Below, one piece after another: positions 26,281-38,558 of a stretch of DNA of 64,000 nt. The notes beneath the pieces are model-generated. The model had not been told where the DNA came from. It made no database searches and worked only from the letters and a program-made list of their open reading frames with translations. The stretch's first letter is position 1. Each line of letters opens with the position of its first letter. The position numbers were made by a program, and so were the translations under genes. This DNA is from Epiperipatus broadwayi (lineage: Eukaryota; Animalia; Onychophora): assembly GCA_028023455.1 (NCBI GenBank), contig JAQFVV010000007.1:3844001-3908000 (forward strand), written 5' to 3'.

Positions 26281-27039
26281 ATTATTTTACTTTTTACTTA
26301 CAAATTATTTCATTAAATTATAGAAACTTGATATTATTAAGACATTAATTATGTGTACAGTTCAATTTTTTCTAGCAATATAATCTTTTATCAAACAATG
26401 ACATGAACTTGATGGAAATACAATTAAAAATTTTAATTCCAAGAAAAAAAATCTCATTATGTAAGATGCAAAGCCAGTGAAACATGAATATATTATACGT
26501 GTTTCATAAGATGTCACTAGTTAATGTTTTTCAAAAAAGCATTGAAAACATATAAATTTACCAGAGACTTAACTTTTAATATACAATGTGATATTTCCAC
26601 TAATATATAAAGATTATGTTAAAAAGAACAAAAATCATTCAGCTATAAAATAATTTGTTGCATCATTATGGATTGAGTTCTAATCATCATAAGTATCAGT
26701 AAATGCCAGATTACATCATATAGCCTTTTAATGTGATATTGGTATCTATGACCAAGGTAATGATTTGTAATAACAATCACATTTTGTTAATAACACTGTA
26801 TCAAAGTCATTGCATCACACTATATCAAGTTTACTTCAAAACTTATTGTGAAATCAAATTTTTAATAATATTTATCCTAAACCAAATGGAATGTCTTGTC
26901 ATCACAAGTTAACCCATACATGAATGATGTAACCTATGGACAAAATAATGTTCTTTGATGTGTAGTACGGAAAATTTTCCTTTATCATCTGATAACTTAA
27001 TCCTTTAATTATAAAATAAAAATGTGTAAAATATTATAT

Positions 27040-27387
27040 AGAAAAAGAATCAGAAAACTTTTTTTTTTTATGTTGCACTTCAAGTATACAATAGTCAAAT
27101 ATGATTAAAAATACATATATACAAGCAACAAAAATTACAAATTATAAAATTATCATAGAAAAGCCTTTTCCAGCAAATTATGTTTTTTGCCCCTTTCAAT
27201 ATGTCTCCACAATATCCATTTGTTTATCTGTCTTCTCTCATGTATTGATATAGATGTCACTGTATGTGCTTTAAATATTGAAAAGGGCCAAAAACATAAT
27301 TTGCCGAAAAAGGCTTTTCTATGATAATTTTATAATTTGTAATCTTTGTTGCTTGTATATATGTAGTTTTAAACATATTTGACTATA
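27040..27387. mobile_element. Fold-back insertion with 16-bp TSD
   Basis: TSD GTGTAAAATATTATAT at 27024-27039 and 27388-27403. ~115-bp inverted arms (~27088-27203 vs ~27275-27387). ~45-bp tail on the left. Confidence 0.85.
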
Positions 27388-28139
27388 GTGTAAAATATTA
27401 TATGATTCTATTGCATAACTTCAGCCAACAACATTGCAGATAGCTTGATAATACATCAGAAGTAAAATATGGCTGTTAGAAAGTTGCATTAAATTTTAAA
27501 TGTCTAGTTACACTGTTCCAAGATCCAAAACTTTTCACTGGTGAAAGTCATAAGCTAGAAACTAATTTGGGGACATTGGATAGGACAGCATTGGTTAGAA
27601 ATTTCATAAGCATTACAATCTGACATCTACTGATTATTAAAATGTACACTAGATGGCATAGTAACATTGAAAAAAAAAAGAATATGCTCCAAAATAAAAT
27701 AAAAAAACCCTCAATAGCAATCATCTTCTACCATCAGGAATGACTACTTATAAAATCTGTTAAAGTAATTCTTAATATATTAGTTAACTCTAAAAATTCA
27801 TATAAAAGTAACATCTTTTTTAAAATACTGAAAGAGTTAGCATATTCCAAATCTTATTTGGAGAGGAATAATGATTTGAATGCTAAACCTATATTAAACT
27901 ATAAATCATTAAATGTTAATAGTACTCTTGATGTTTATCTAAGAATTTTTAGTGATGACATTTGACTTGTAATTGCAAGCATGATTCTATTATCTTGGAG
28001 AAAATTGTTAAATATTTTTAAAAAATTCAAAATTTATTTTTACTTTTCTAAACATATTAAGCTAATCAGTAATAATACATATGATAGTATGAAACATAAC
28101 ATTGTGAGGTATAATTGAATTATACTTTCTTTTTTAGAG

Positions 28140-28240
28140 GTTTCTGGCTTGACCAGTGACAGTGTTAGCCCAGGAATTGAACTGGTTACTTTTAGATCCA
28201 TAAATTCTGAATTTAAAGTGTTGCTCTAACAATCTAGACT
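28140..28240 (-). mobile_element. Decayed tRNA-derived SINE head
   Basis: A-box-like gtctagattgttagagc and B-box-like ccagttcaattcctgg on the minus strand. Confidence 0.35.
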
Positions 28241-31200
28241 ATTCTGTTAATGGTAGCAATAGATTTTTTATATACTTATTAATGAAGGTCCCCCTGATAG
28301 CCCAATTTTAAAAAAGCAAATGAAGTCATCGATTTCCAAACATAATGTTAACATACTGAGTAATTTGGAGAGAAAGGAAAAGCAAAAAAGCTTTTCATAT
28401 GATAGAGCAAATAACCTATTAATCAAACGATTGTGATGGTCTTTAATATATATAAAAGAATTTATTAAGTTTACCATTAAAAAAAAGAAAAAAATCAGTA
28501 GGACTGAGATAAGTATATATAAATTTGTACTGACTGCTGGTTTGATTAAAAAACTTAATTATTTATAGCATGATCTTAAATTCAATATTCATAATATCTA
28601 AAAATTAGTAGTTTAATTCTTGTATTAACCCTATCACTGGTAGGTCAGCAACATTTAAAAAAGAAAGAAGAATGGAATACACAAAATGTATAATTTAATA
28701 AATTATTATTTCAATAAGTATTCTTTTTTTTTTTTTTGAAATGTCTTATTAATTCCAGTATAAATTTTAAACATTTGTTTTTGTAAACATTATTTTATTT
28801 TATGAACAATTTCTTTTCCATATCTATATGTACAATATAATTTTTTTAAATCTCTTCAATTAGATTTTGATTTGGTTTTATAATCATTTTCAATTTTTAT
28901 TCCTAGAAACATATGCAGATTTGTATTTAAAATTTTAATATGTTTACAAAAATCTACAGTAACAATAACTTAAAAATTTATTCAAACAAATTATTTATAT
29001 TATATTTTCTAAAACCAAATAGAGTAGATTACAACCCTGTCTAGACGTTTATCAACAACTGCAAATCAAATGTATTTAAAACACAAACTAGATAATAGAT
29101 AGTTGAATATGCACTACCAATTGTTTTGTAAGGCAAACATACATATATGCACACATGACAAAAGTTTGTTTTATTAAATCTTGAATTAAGTAATATCATA
29201 ATGGAATAATTTAACTTTTTCAAAATAGAGTAAAAAGACCATTTAAAAATATTTTTCATATATATATACTAACAATAAGGTATTTGTCAATGTATTAGAC
29301 ATCATGATTTATGACTTCAACTTAGTAGACATAGTGCTGACCTAATGTCAAGTCAATACCTAGGCAACAAAGTGTTAGAAAATGAGAGTAGAATTTTATT
29401 ACGTAATTTTAATTTTAACTATAACCATTTAATACATGCAACAATAGACACATACAGCAACTGAAAAGGAAATGAAGATATTAGTAGTCTAAACAACAGA
29501 AACTGAGCCCAGTATAAAAGTAAATTCAGTTCATTTCCATGGTCTTTTGTTATTTTCTCAAATGCTATAACTGCACAAAGCCAACTTTAAAAGATTTAAT
29601 ATACTAATCCAACTGAAAATGGATAACTCATTCGAACATTATAGATTATTCATATAATTATTGTAGCACAAAATAAAAAGAAAGTATAGCCAACTTTTAA
29701 GCAGAGAAAAACTTTATAAATTTGTGCAACTTGACAAAAAAACTGGACTGATTTTAAATTGAAAATTTAAAAGTAAAAATTTTGCTATAATTCAAACATG
29801 GAAATAAGATAAGTAAAACATTGCTAAGATATATATATATAAGTGATAAAATACTTTTTTTATATAAACCGTTAAATGCAAAATATTAAATTAAGAAGAA
29901 GTAAATTAATTATGAATTGCTACACAATGTATTCTGTCTAAATAAAGTTGCTATAGAACCCAAATGCTACTCTCCCATCTATAAAAGCAATGATTTAATT
30001 TACTCATCTATGCCTAAAGAAACATCAAACATCCTATACAAAAGATCTGAATGGATCCAGAAAGTAAGCAGTTGCAGAAAACAGAAACAACATTGTTCAA
30101 AATGTGTTACTAAAGAATTCGAATGATTGAGAAAAGACTTTCTTAGAGTATAATGGAAAGAAGGGTAATAGACTGTATCCATGAAAGACATTATCACTAT
30201 ATTCATGGACTTTAATATGAATAATTGAAGAAAATTTGATTTATTAAGTGTTTGATTTTTTTTATACGTTTGTAAAATTCTATTCTCATTTCATTTCTAC
30301 ACTTAGAAATTTCAGCATGCCTCCACTTGGAAGAATCCATGTGTGCAAAAGCAACATAGAGGGGTTATTAACTTAGATAAATTTTTTTTTATGTAAACAA
30401 AGTTTAGGTCAGTTCCCTCCATAGTGATCTGACATTTGGATTACCACACATTATATGGGATAAGGTAAGAGAGTTTTGATACTATTCCATATTAATTACA
30501 TGCACATTACAGGACAGAGTTCATATTGTTTATTTTAACTAACAGTCATTATATTTATTTTGTTCTGAAATGAAACAGTAAGATTCTAGTTTGAATCTTA
30601 GTTTCACCTAAGTTCCACTTGTTCTATCATCTTTTATCCACTCCTACATCCCACCTAAATTTAAACATTAAATATTGGATTGTGTGTGTGTAACAGTACT
30701 AGGTATATATGTAAATGTTTGTTGAATATGCCAAAAATACACACACACACTACAATATCAGATAAATATTAAAGTAAATAATGTAATGTAAATGATTTAT
30801 TAAATTCATAAGATTAAACATGTAAATACTTATTTATGTCAATTTATATGCATAATATTTTCATTTATAAAATGTAAAAATATGTTTACAACTTATAAAT
30901 GTATAAAATGTACAAAAATAGAAAACCCTCCTGTATATATGAAATTGAAAAGTCATAGTAGGTGGAGAGAGACAATAGAATACTGAAAAATATTCCTAAA
31001 AGATTTTTTTTATTAGTTAAAAGTAAAAAAGTAAAATCTTCATTGTAATCAGGTCACGAGTATAGATCAAAAATAAAAGTACAAAATAAATTCAATCGAA
31101 TTGAAAATACAAATGAAATATGTGCTAATAATGCATCAATTTACCTGGGAGTATGGCAGTGTGGACTAAAGAAACACTGACTACGTCATGTCAGATGGAT

Positions 31201-31931
31201 CCACAAGATAGGGAATAAGAGAAAGAAAGAGTATAAAAAGATGTGAGCTTGTTCTGAGAATTATTATTATTATCACTATTATGGTAGTTCTATTGCTTTT
31301 TCTAAAAAGATTTCAGTATAATAAAGGTATTGTCATGACTGAGGAGTAAGGCATGCACTGAACTTCCCACTTGCTCTAAAATGAACTGTTTATACTCAAT
31401 ATAATCTATACACTGCTGCCTGATTAAAATGCTGCCATCAACTGAAATCTTAAAAATAAACCACCAAAGAAAACTGCTGCTGATGAATAAATGGACCAGA
31501 AGAATCACTCATCAATGTGTACATTCAACTGCATTTAAAAGGTAACTGGTACTCAAATCTTTAAAGACTCTCACTCTTTCCTTTAAAGATATAGCTTGTT
31601 TAAATAATCTGTATTTCTTTATTTATAATTTCTTTTACTTATGTAACACTAGATTAACACTTCATTATTGATATTTAAAATATATTAAAACTCTGTAACC
31701 ATTTAAATGTTAATTAACACATCTGACCCTCTTACCTTGCACCTTGAGTATCTATTTTATTATTAATGTGTCTATATATGTGATTTCATGCCTAGATAAT
31801 TTCTGACCTGGCTTGCTAATTTTACTAAATGCTATAGTTAATGAACAATGAGGATTGTCAATTCCTCAACATGCTTTGTGATAAATGTTTAGCTGGAGAA
31901 AGCATTTAAAATATCTCTGTCAGGACCCCCC

Positions 31932-31974
31932 AACCTCTGACCATGGTTTCATCCTCTGGCACTCCTCAGAGAGG
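31932..31974 (-). ncRNA. Minimal type I hammerhead ribozyme motif
   Basis: acctct-CTGAGGA-gtgc-caga-ggat-GAAAC-catg-GTC-agaggt: perfect 6-bp stem I, intact core, palindromic stem III, GUC triplet. Stem II is imperfect. Confidence 0.8.
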
Positions 31975-32230
31975 TGCTAGGATAGATCCAGATACTAGAT
32001 CTAAAAACACTAACCCAAAGCCAGCATTTAACTAAAAGTTATCTATTGAGTGGTAAATCTGAAATGAGTGGAAAATCTGAAATTTTCAGACACCTACATG
32101 TCTTCAAACCCAGCTATCCAACTCAAATACATATATGAAAATTTCAGATTTTTCACTCAATAGATAACTTTTAGTTAAATGCTGGCTTTGGGTTAGTGTT
32201 TTTAGATCTAGTGTCTGAACCTACCTTAGC

Positions 32231-32273
32231 ACCTCTTTGAGGAGTGCCATAGCATGAAACCATGGTCAGAGGT
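32231..32273 (+). ncRNA. Minimal type I hammerhead ribozyme motif (C3-to-T variant)
   Basis: acctct-TTGAGGA-gtgc-cata-gcat-GAAAC-catg-GTC-agaggt. Stem II gtgc/gcat is consistent with CpG decay of gcac-GAAA. Confidence 0.78.
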
Positions 32274-34623
32274 TTGGGGGGAAGTCCTGACAGAGATATT
32301 TTAAATGCTTTCTCTAGCTAAGCATTTATCACAATGCTTGTTGAGGAATTGGCAATCCTTATTGTTTATAAATTACAAGCTTAAGATTATAGAGTCATGT
32401 GATCTATGACTCTTATTTTGGCTATAGTTAATGATTTCACAATAATGGACAAAATCATAAAGACAATATAATAACAAATCCTATCATTTTGCACTAATAA
32501 ACTGCCAGCTCGGGAATTATATGACTTTATTATTAAATAATTTATGTAATAGATGTGGTCTCATGATTTCCACATTACTAAGCTTCCTGGTACTGTATGC
32601 ATAAAATAAATGTGGACATTATAGAGATGCATCTGATGTTTGATATTAGTTAAGGGTGCAAATTAGGAATAGTAATCAGGTAGAATTTTAATCTCCCTCT
32701 TACTAATTATTTTACATAAATTTATTTATGCTTTCAAGCCACTAATCATGTTATTCAAGGGCTTCAAAGTAAAATACTTGTGAATGTTAGTCTTGGAAAT
32801 GAATCATCTCATTTTTAAGCAAATTTAAAGAAATCTAGTTTTGTTTCTGCTAGTGATGTATGTTATAGTTTAGCAATGCCATGTCCCTTTCAAAGCCATG
32901 GAAATTTCTGGATACATATATACAAAGGCATCTGTTCACTCCCATATAGTAGGGTATATTTAGAAGCGCTTCCATCCATGGGTAGCTAATCTCATCATGT
33001 GGTCAGGAAATAACAGTAGCAAAAGTCCCTTACACGCAAACCTGCTTATATGACCCTTCTGGAAGGGTTCCAGGCACAAAGCTTGCTTGCAAGTTTTATA
33101 TTTCCCATATGGCTTTACTATGTCATAGTTTACTCTTCAGTTATTACATGGCATTTCTATGCATACCACATCTTGTCTGATGTTTCTCTTCTTATTGTAT
33201 GCTTATGATTGGATTTTCCAAATATTCTGTGTTAACTGCTCCCCAATAACATGCCCCTAGAATTAATTTTACATATAAAACTTTAAGTTGTGTTCTGTTG
33301 TTAAGTTGGGTAGGTTTACCACCACAAACTTCATTAACCATTGTACCTCAAATGGTGACTAAAATGATTAATATTTAGGCATGAAATAACTCTTAGCTTT
33401 CATTAGTACCCAAATGGTCGGATCAAATAATTGAGGAGTCTCGGAAGTTACTGACCTCAAAGCATGTAATCTAACTTTATTTATGATATTAAAATATAAT
33501 GTTTTAATTATGTCTGTATATCTGTTCTTTAATGCCTATAGCTATAGTATCTTACCTCGATAAGAAGTTAAATACATAAATGTTACACCACAGTAAATTA
33601 ATAATAATAATTTTAGGCTTAGTTAGTAAGAGTCTCTTGTATCTCCCTGAACTCCATGGCCTAAAAGAGATATTACTAGTGTGATGGCATGCACTGTCCC
33701 AGGGTGGTAGTTTGTGGAATCAATCTACCAGGTTTGAAAATGACACCACAGGCCCTGAACCCACCTGTTTAGCTGCTCTTTGAATGTGGTGGTTGAATTG
33801 TGCAACTACTAATGAGGCATATGAATTCTGACTGTTACATTAAGAATAACTAATCTTGTATGAATGTTCTTCATACCAACTATATCTAGGTAAGAAGTCC
33901 CAAAGAAGATGGAATGTCAATCATTGGAATTTGATGATGAGGCTATTATATATATATGTTCATGTAATGTTGTAAATTAGTTAGTCAGCTTCATGGTAGA
34001 TATAATTATGATGTTTTTTTTATTAATTTGCTTTTTAAATAGTGAATGCTGACTTATGTATCTCTACCATGGGTATAGGTTGGAATAATGGATACTTTTA
34101 ATCAATGATAGGATAGAAATGTATACTTGACACCTATAACTGCATCTTTTATTATGTTAAATGAGTTTTAAATTTTATTTGCTATTAATAAAAGTTGTTA
34201 AGTTGATTTAAAATTTAACTCTTCTCTAGTTTATCAGAATCATTCATACACCCATCCATCAATTTATTTGACTACATATATGCACACGCACACAACTTTT
34301 CCATACATATAATGATATAGTGATAAGGTTGGATGCATCTTAAGTCAATGGGAACCTATATAGAGGTGAGACAGTTGTTATACAAAGTAAATTCATCTCT
34401 GAAGAGAACTGAAGGCAAAATTCTCCCTGAGATTGAATACTGAGGTATAATGGAATCCAAAAAAGAAGTAAGGCATGAATGAAGTAGCCTAAATTGTATC
34501 TGAATTAATATGTGTGAACCTAGAGCTAGCCCATTAGTTGCAGCATCCTACCAGAAGACCTTGGGTCTGACCATAGTGAGATGCAACTTTCCTTTTCTGA
34601 TGAAAACACATACCATTACATTC

Positions 34624-34635
34624 TGGTGACCAGAC
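34624..34635 (+). other. Primer-binding site, tRNA-Trp-like
   Basis: TGGTGACCAGAC lies 3 nt after the LTR end and resembles TGGTGACCCCGAC (complement of the tRNA-Trp 3' end). Confidence 0.55.
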
Positions 34636-35192
34636 TTTAGGGGCATGACAGAGAAGTTTTTAGAGAGGTCCAGCCAATGAACTGATGAACCAAAAAACAT
34701 TTTTTTTTGGATTTTGCTCTTCTCTCAAACTTTCCACAGTATGCATCCCTGATGGATTTCTTGAGTAACAACTGATTGACACACCAACCATAAAAATATA
34801 AATTTCAAATGAAACATTACATACAAATCAATTTATCAGTATGAATTGATGAACTAAGATCATAATACATAATCAACTAATAAGGTAAATGAAAATAAAA
34901 CAGTCAGGTGGATAAAAAGGGACAGGCTAAAAGCAAACAAAAATACCCAAATAAACAACATATACATGAACAAAATATACATAATATAGGGAGAAATTAA
35001 ATATAACACAGAATGGCAAGGGTTAACAAAAGGTTCCATGAAGTATAATCTATTTATATTTATAAGAAAAAAAACTTTATACCTAACTATTAAAAAAAGG
35101 AATTTAATGATATTTAGAAGTGGGAAACAGTTTTTAAATATCCCCATGAAATGTTCTGAAGAATTAGAGTACTAGCAATAGTGAAGTAGGAG

Positions 35193-35720
35193 ATGATACT
35201 ACAAGTATCAGGAAAGGGTCTTTGGATCCAAATGCCTGGTGTGTCTATGATCGATGTTGATCACCATCTACAAACACATGTTGTAGGCAGAGTGTTACCT
35301 CAAACTCAAGGAGCACATGAAGAGGGATTGGTCCAAATACCTGAAAGCAAAATTGCACAGGATACAAGAAAGATGAAAATGATGGAACAAATGTTCCAAA
35401 GAGTCATGACTCATATGGAAGCAAGGATGAATCATGGCATAAACAATGATGTGAAGAATATGGAATCTAAGATCAATCATAGCATGAATAGCCTAAATGA
35501 AGAAATGAACCAAAAATTGGATAGTAACATGAGCATCCTAAGAGTAGACATGAGAAATATGAAAGAAGAGGTGAAGAAAGAAATGAACCAAAAGTTGGAC
35601 AGTAACATGAGCACCCTGAGAGTTGACATGAGAAATATGAAAGAAGAGATAAATGAAGAATTAAGTAATAGGATGGCCAATATAAAGGAAAATTTAAAGG
35701 CAAACATAGATAAATTTTAG
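35193..35720 (+). pseudogene. Gag-like coiled-coil ORF remnant of the gypsy element
   Basis: 175-aa ORF downstream of the PBS, heptad-rich, with a 26-aa tandem repeat. A possible degenerate zinc knuckle lies at ~36715-36760. Confidence 0.65.
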
Positions 35721-37303
35721 GACAGATCTAAAATGAGAAGTAAAAGACATAGAAACTAAGCTGACTGCTGACATGAAGCAGTTTGTCAATAAACATGAAT
35801 AATGTGCAAAGGGACAACTTTGAGATAAAATGAACACTGAGCAAGCTGAAACATGAGATAGATGAGAAAAATGTGATGTGACAGCAACAACTTGATGAAT
35901 TTAGATCTAGCATTATTGGGCAATTGAATATTAAAGGTGATGAAGTGTACAAGAATTAGGAGATCTTTAGAGATGAGATGTGTGTGAACCAAAAGCTGCA
36001 ACCAAGGTCCAAAGGCAATTTTAAGATGTGTACTGGACCAACTCTTCACATAACAACTTCAAGATACAGTCACATGATAAAGCACTGGAAACCCTAGATC
36101 ATCAGTGTAAGTGACTTAAGGACAAGATAGCTTCAGTGAAAATGGACATGACCATAGACAAAACTACTCTAGATAAGTTGATGAAAAATGCGACTGAAAT
36201 GCGGGATTGGATTGACAGAATAGATGAAGCCATTAATCAGTTATTTTTAACAATTGAGTCCCAGCTGTGTCAAAAGGCACCAACCACTGGAGTGTGACAA
36301 ACCAAGATCAAATCAAGGACCAAGAATAATAAGGAATAAAATGATTGGGGAATTCGCCTAGAGGTTGCACTCCAAGACCCTCAGAGAATGACTACCTCTT
36401 GTGAGAACCTACTCTCCCATGTCATATAATGTCTGAGATGGATTATTACCATCTCATTTTTAATTTAGAGGGTATGGTTCCAAATATTTATCAGATTAAC
36501 CCTCATAATTACATATTGACCCTATGAATAAACACCACAGGAAACAGTTCATAGACTACGATTGAAGACCCAAATAAAAGGAGTAAAAGGAGTAATTGAT
36601 GCCAAGAGCCAAAAATACCCTCCAAAATGCAGGCTTACAAGAATAGTAACACCATAGCAGATTGATGCCATCTGAAAAGGCCACAATGAAAGAAAACTAA
36701 CAACCACCCCACAAGTTTGGGAATGTCAGGTGAAAACCATATGTCTGACCATCTTACATGTCTGATATGACATTTAATTTCCCTCTACCATATTGAAGAT
36801 GAGCCAAATAAGGGAAACATGGATCATAACAGTGAACAACACATCACAAACCATGAAATAGGGAGCACCACACTTTCATAAATTATGAAATATCTATGAA
36901 AGTCCCTTTACATTCAGTGGGCACATAATATAAAGGATGGATTTCAAGGATTGTGACCAAAAACATATAAATCAGACAACCCCCAAAAGGAATAGACATA
37001 GATATAGTATTTTAAAACACACACACATATATGTATATAAATAGATAAGAATATAATTGATGACATCATGAATGCATGGATAGATGCACCTACATATTTT
37101 CTCAAAACACCACTTATGGCCTTCCAACCAAACATAGAAAATAGGCCAGCCAAGAAACTTAAATGTACAATGAAAACAATCAGGTACCAGCCCTCAATTA
37201 ATATCCACAAAGTAACACAGAAAGCAATATACAGAAGGCATAACAGTAATTATTGAATAAGGCTGAATAAAGGAACAAGGACAAGAGAGAGAGTACATGT
37301 AAC

Positions 37304-37495
37304 TTCAAGATAGGCAATAAAGTATTTATCAAGATGCCCCACCTGAGTACACCAATAAAATGTAGATCCCAAAAATTTTAGCACCAATATGAAGGACCAT
37401 TCACTATCATGAAGCAGTCAGGTCCAAATGCATTTTGGATAGAAGAAGGGGAAATTAAGGGAACTTACAGCGCCTACATCTTAAAGCCATATTTT
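37304..37495 (+). pseudogene. Gypsy integrase C-terminal GPY/F region
   Basis: FKIGNKVFIKMPHLSTPIKCRSQKF*HQYEGPFTIMKQSGPNAFWIEEGEIKGTYSAYILKPYF. Confidence 0.85.
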
Positions 37496-37595
37496 GGTCA
37501 AACAGAGGAAACACATAACTAACATACTTGAGCTAAACACTAGTCTATGGATAAGCATGAGATTTGGCTGAAAAGAGAAGACAAAAGGAGATAAC

Positions 37596-38080
<485 letters not shown>

Positions 38081-38558
38081 GGTTCTGTAATCTATGATGA
38101 GAATATACCCAGATAAGTGCAAAAGCAATTACTCAAATACGTTCGAACCAACCAAGATGAATTGATCCATACAGAATGATGGATACTGCAATATTTCACT
38201 TAGTCCTTAGAGAAATCCAGTAAGTCTCAAAAAAGTGAGCAGGGTGAAGACTAATGGGTTTAACTATGTGCCATTGGCAATGCAGACATATTACCAGTTA
38301 AGTTTGAACCATACAACCATCATTATCATAATAATAGTAACAAAGACCCGTATATAAATCTCACTGTATGATAATGCAAGTAATAAAATAAAAATGTTAA
38401 AAAAATATGAAGATAATTTAAAAAATATGAGATAAAATAGGTAGGCATTATAACCTTTTTTAAAAAAAACAAGTCAATGCAAAAGCAATGCACACATCAC
38501 TTAAGTGTTAAAATTTTGATGACAGCATAAAATTTTAACCCAGTAAGAGTTAGGGAGT

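Larger units (their letters stand above)
31845..32420. mobile_element. Fold-back PLE-type element with two hammerhead ribozyme motifs and 14-bp TSD
   Basis: TSD GCTATAGTTAATGA at 31831-31844 and 32421-32434. Arms ~31845-32088 and ~32136-32366, 54-bp tail. The same terminus recurs at 63892. Confidence 0.9.
30568..33840. mobile_element. Nested ~3.3-kb insertion with LTR-like TG...CA ends
   Basis: Absent from the 3' LTR (attctg|taagaatg). Ends actgttaca (33831-33839), complementary to tgaaacagt (~30571) and exactly to tgtaacagt (30689-30697). Confidence 0.7.
29017..34620 (+). repeat. 5' LTR (29017-30567 + 33841-34620), split by a nested insertion
   Basis: Colinear with 38559-40928 once 30568-33840 is removed. 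Ends ...ataccattACA. The 5' start is degenerate and approximate. Confidence 0.85.

Noticed and set aside
28263-28436. 57-codon open frame IFYILINEGPPDSPILKKQMKSS... as a host exon
   Set aside because: It is protein-like, but the acceptor is weak, I recognise no homology, and frames of this length occur by chance in 64 kb.
32950-33250. Integrase-like motifs on the minus strand in the nested insertion
   Set aside because: Only vague resemblance, with many stops.
35295-35707. Minus-strand ORFs opposite gag, and plus-strand ORFs opposite the LINEs (e.g. 22164, 43070, 60816, 61596)
   Set aside because: They are antisense shadows of transposon coding sequence.
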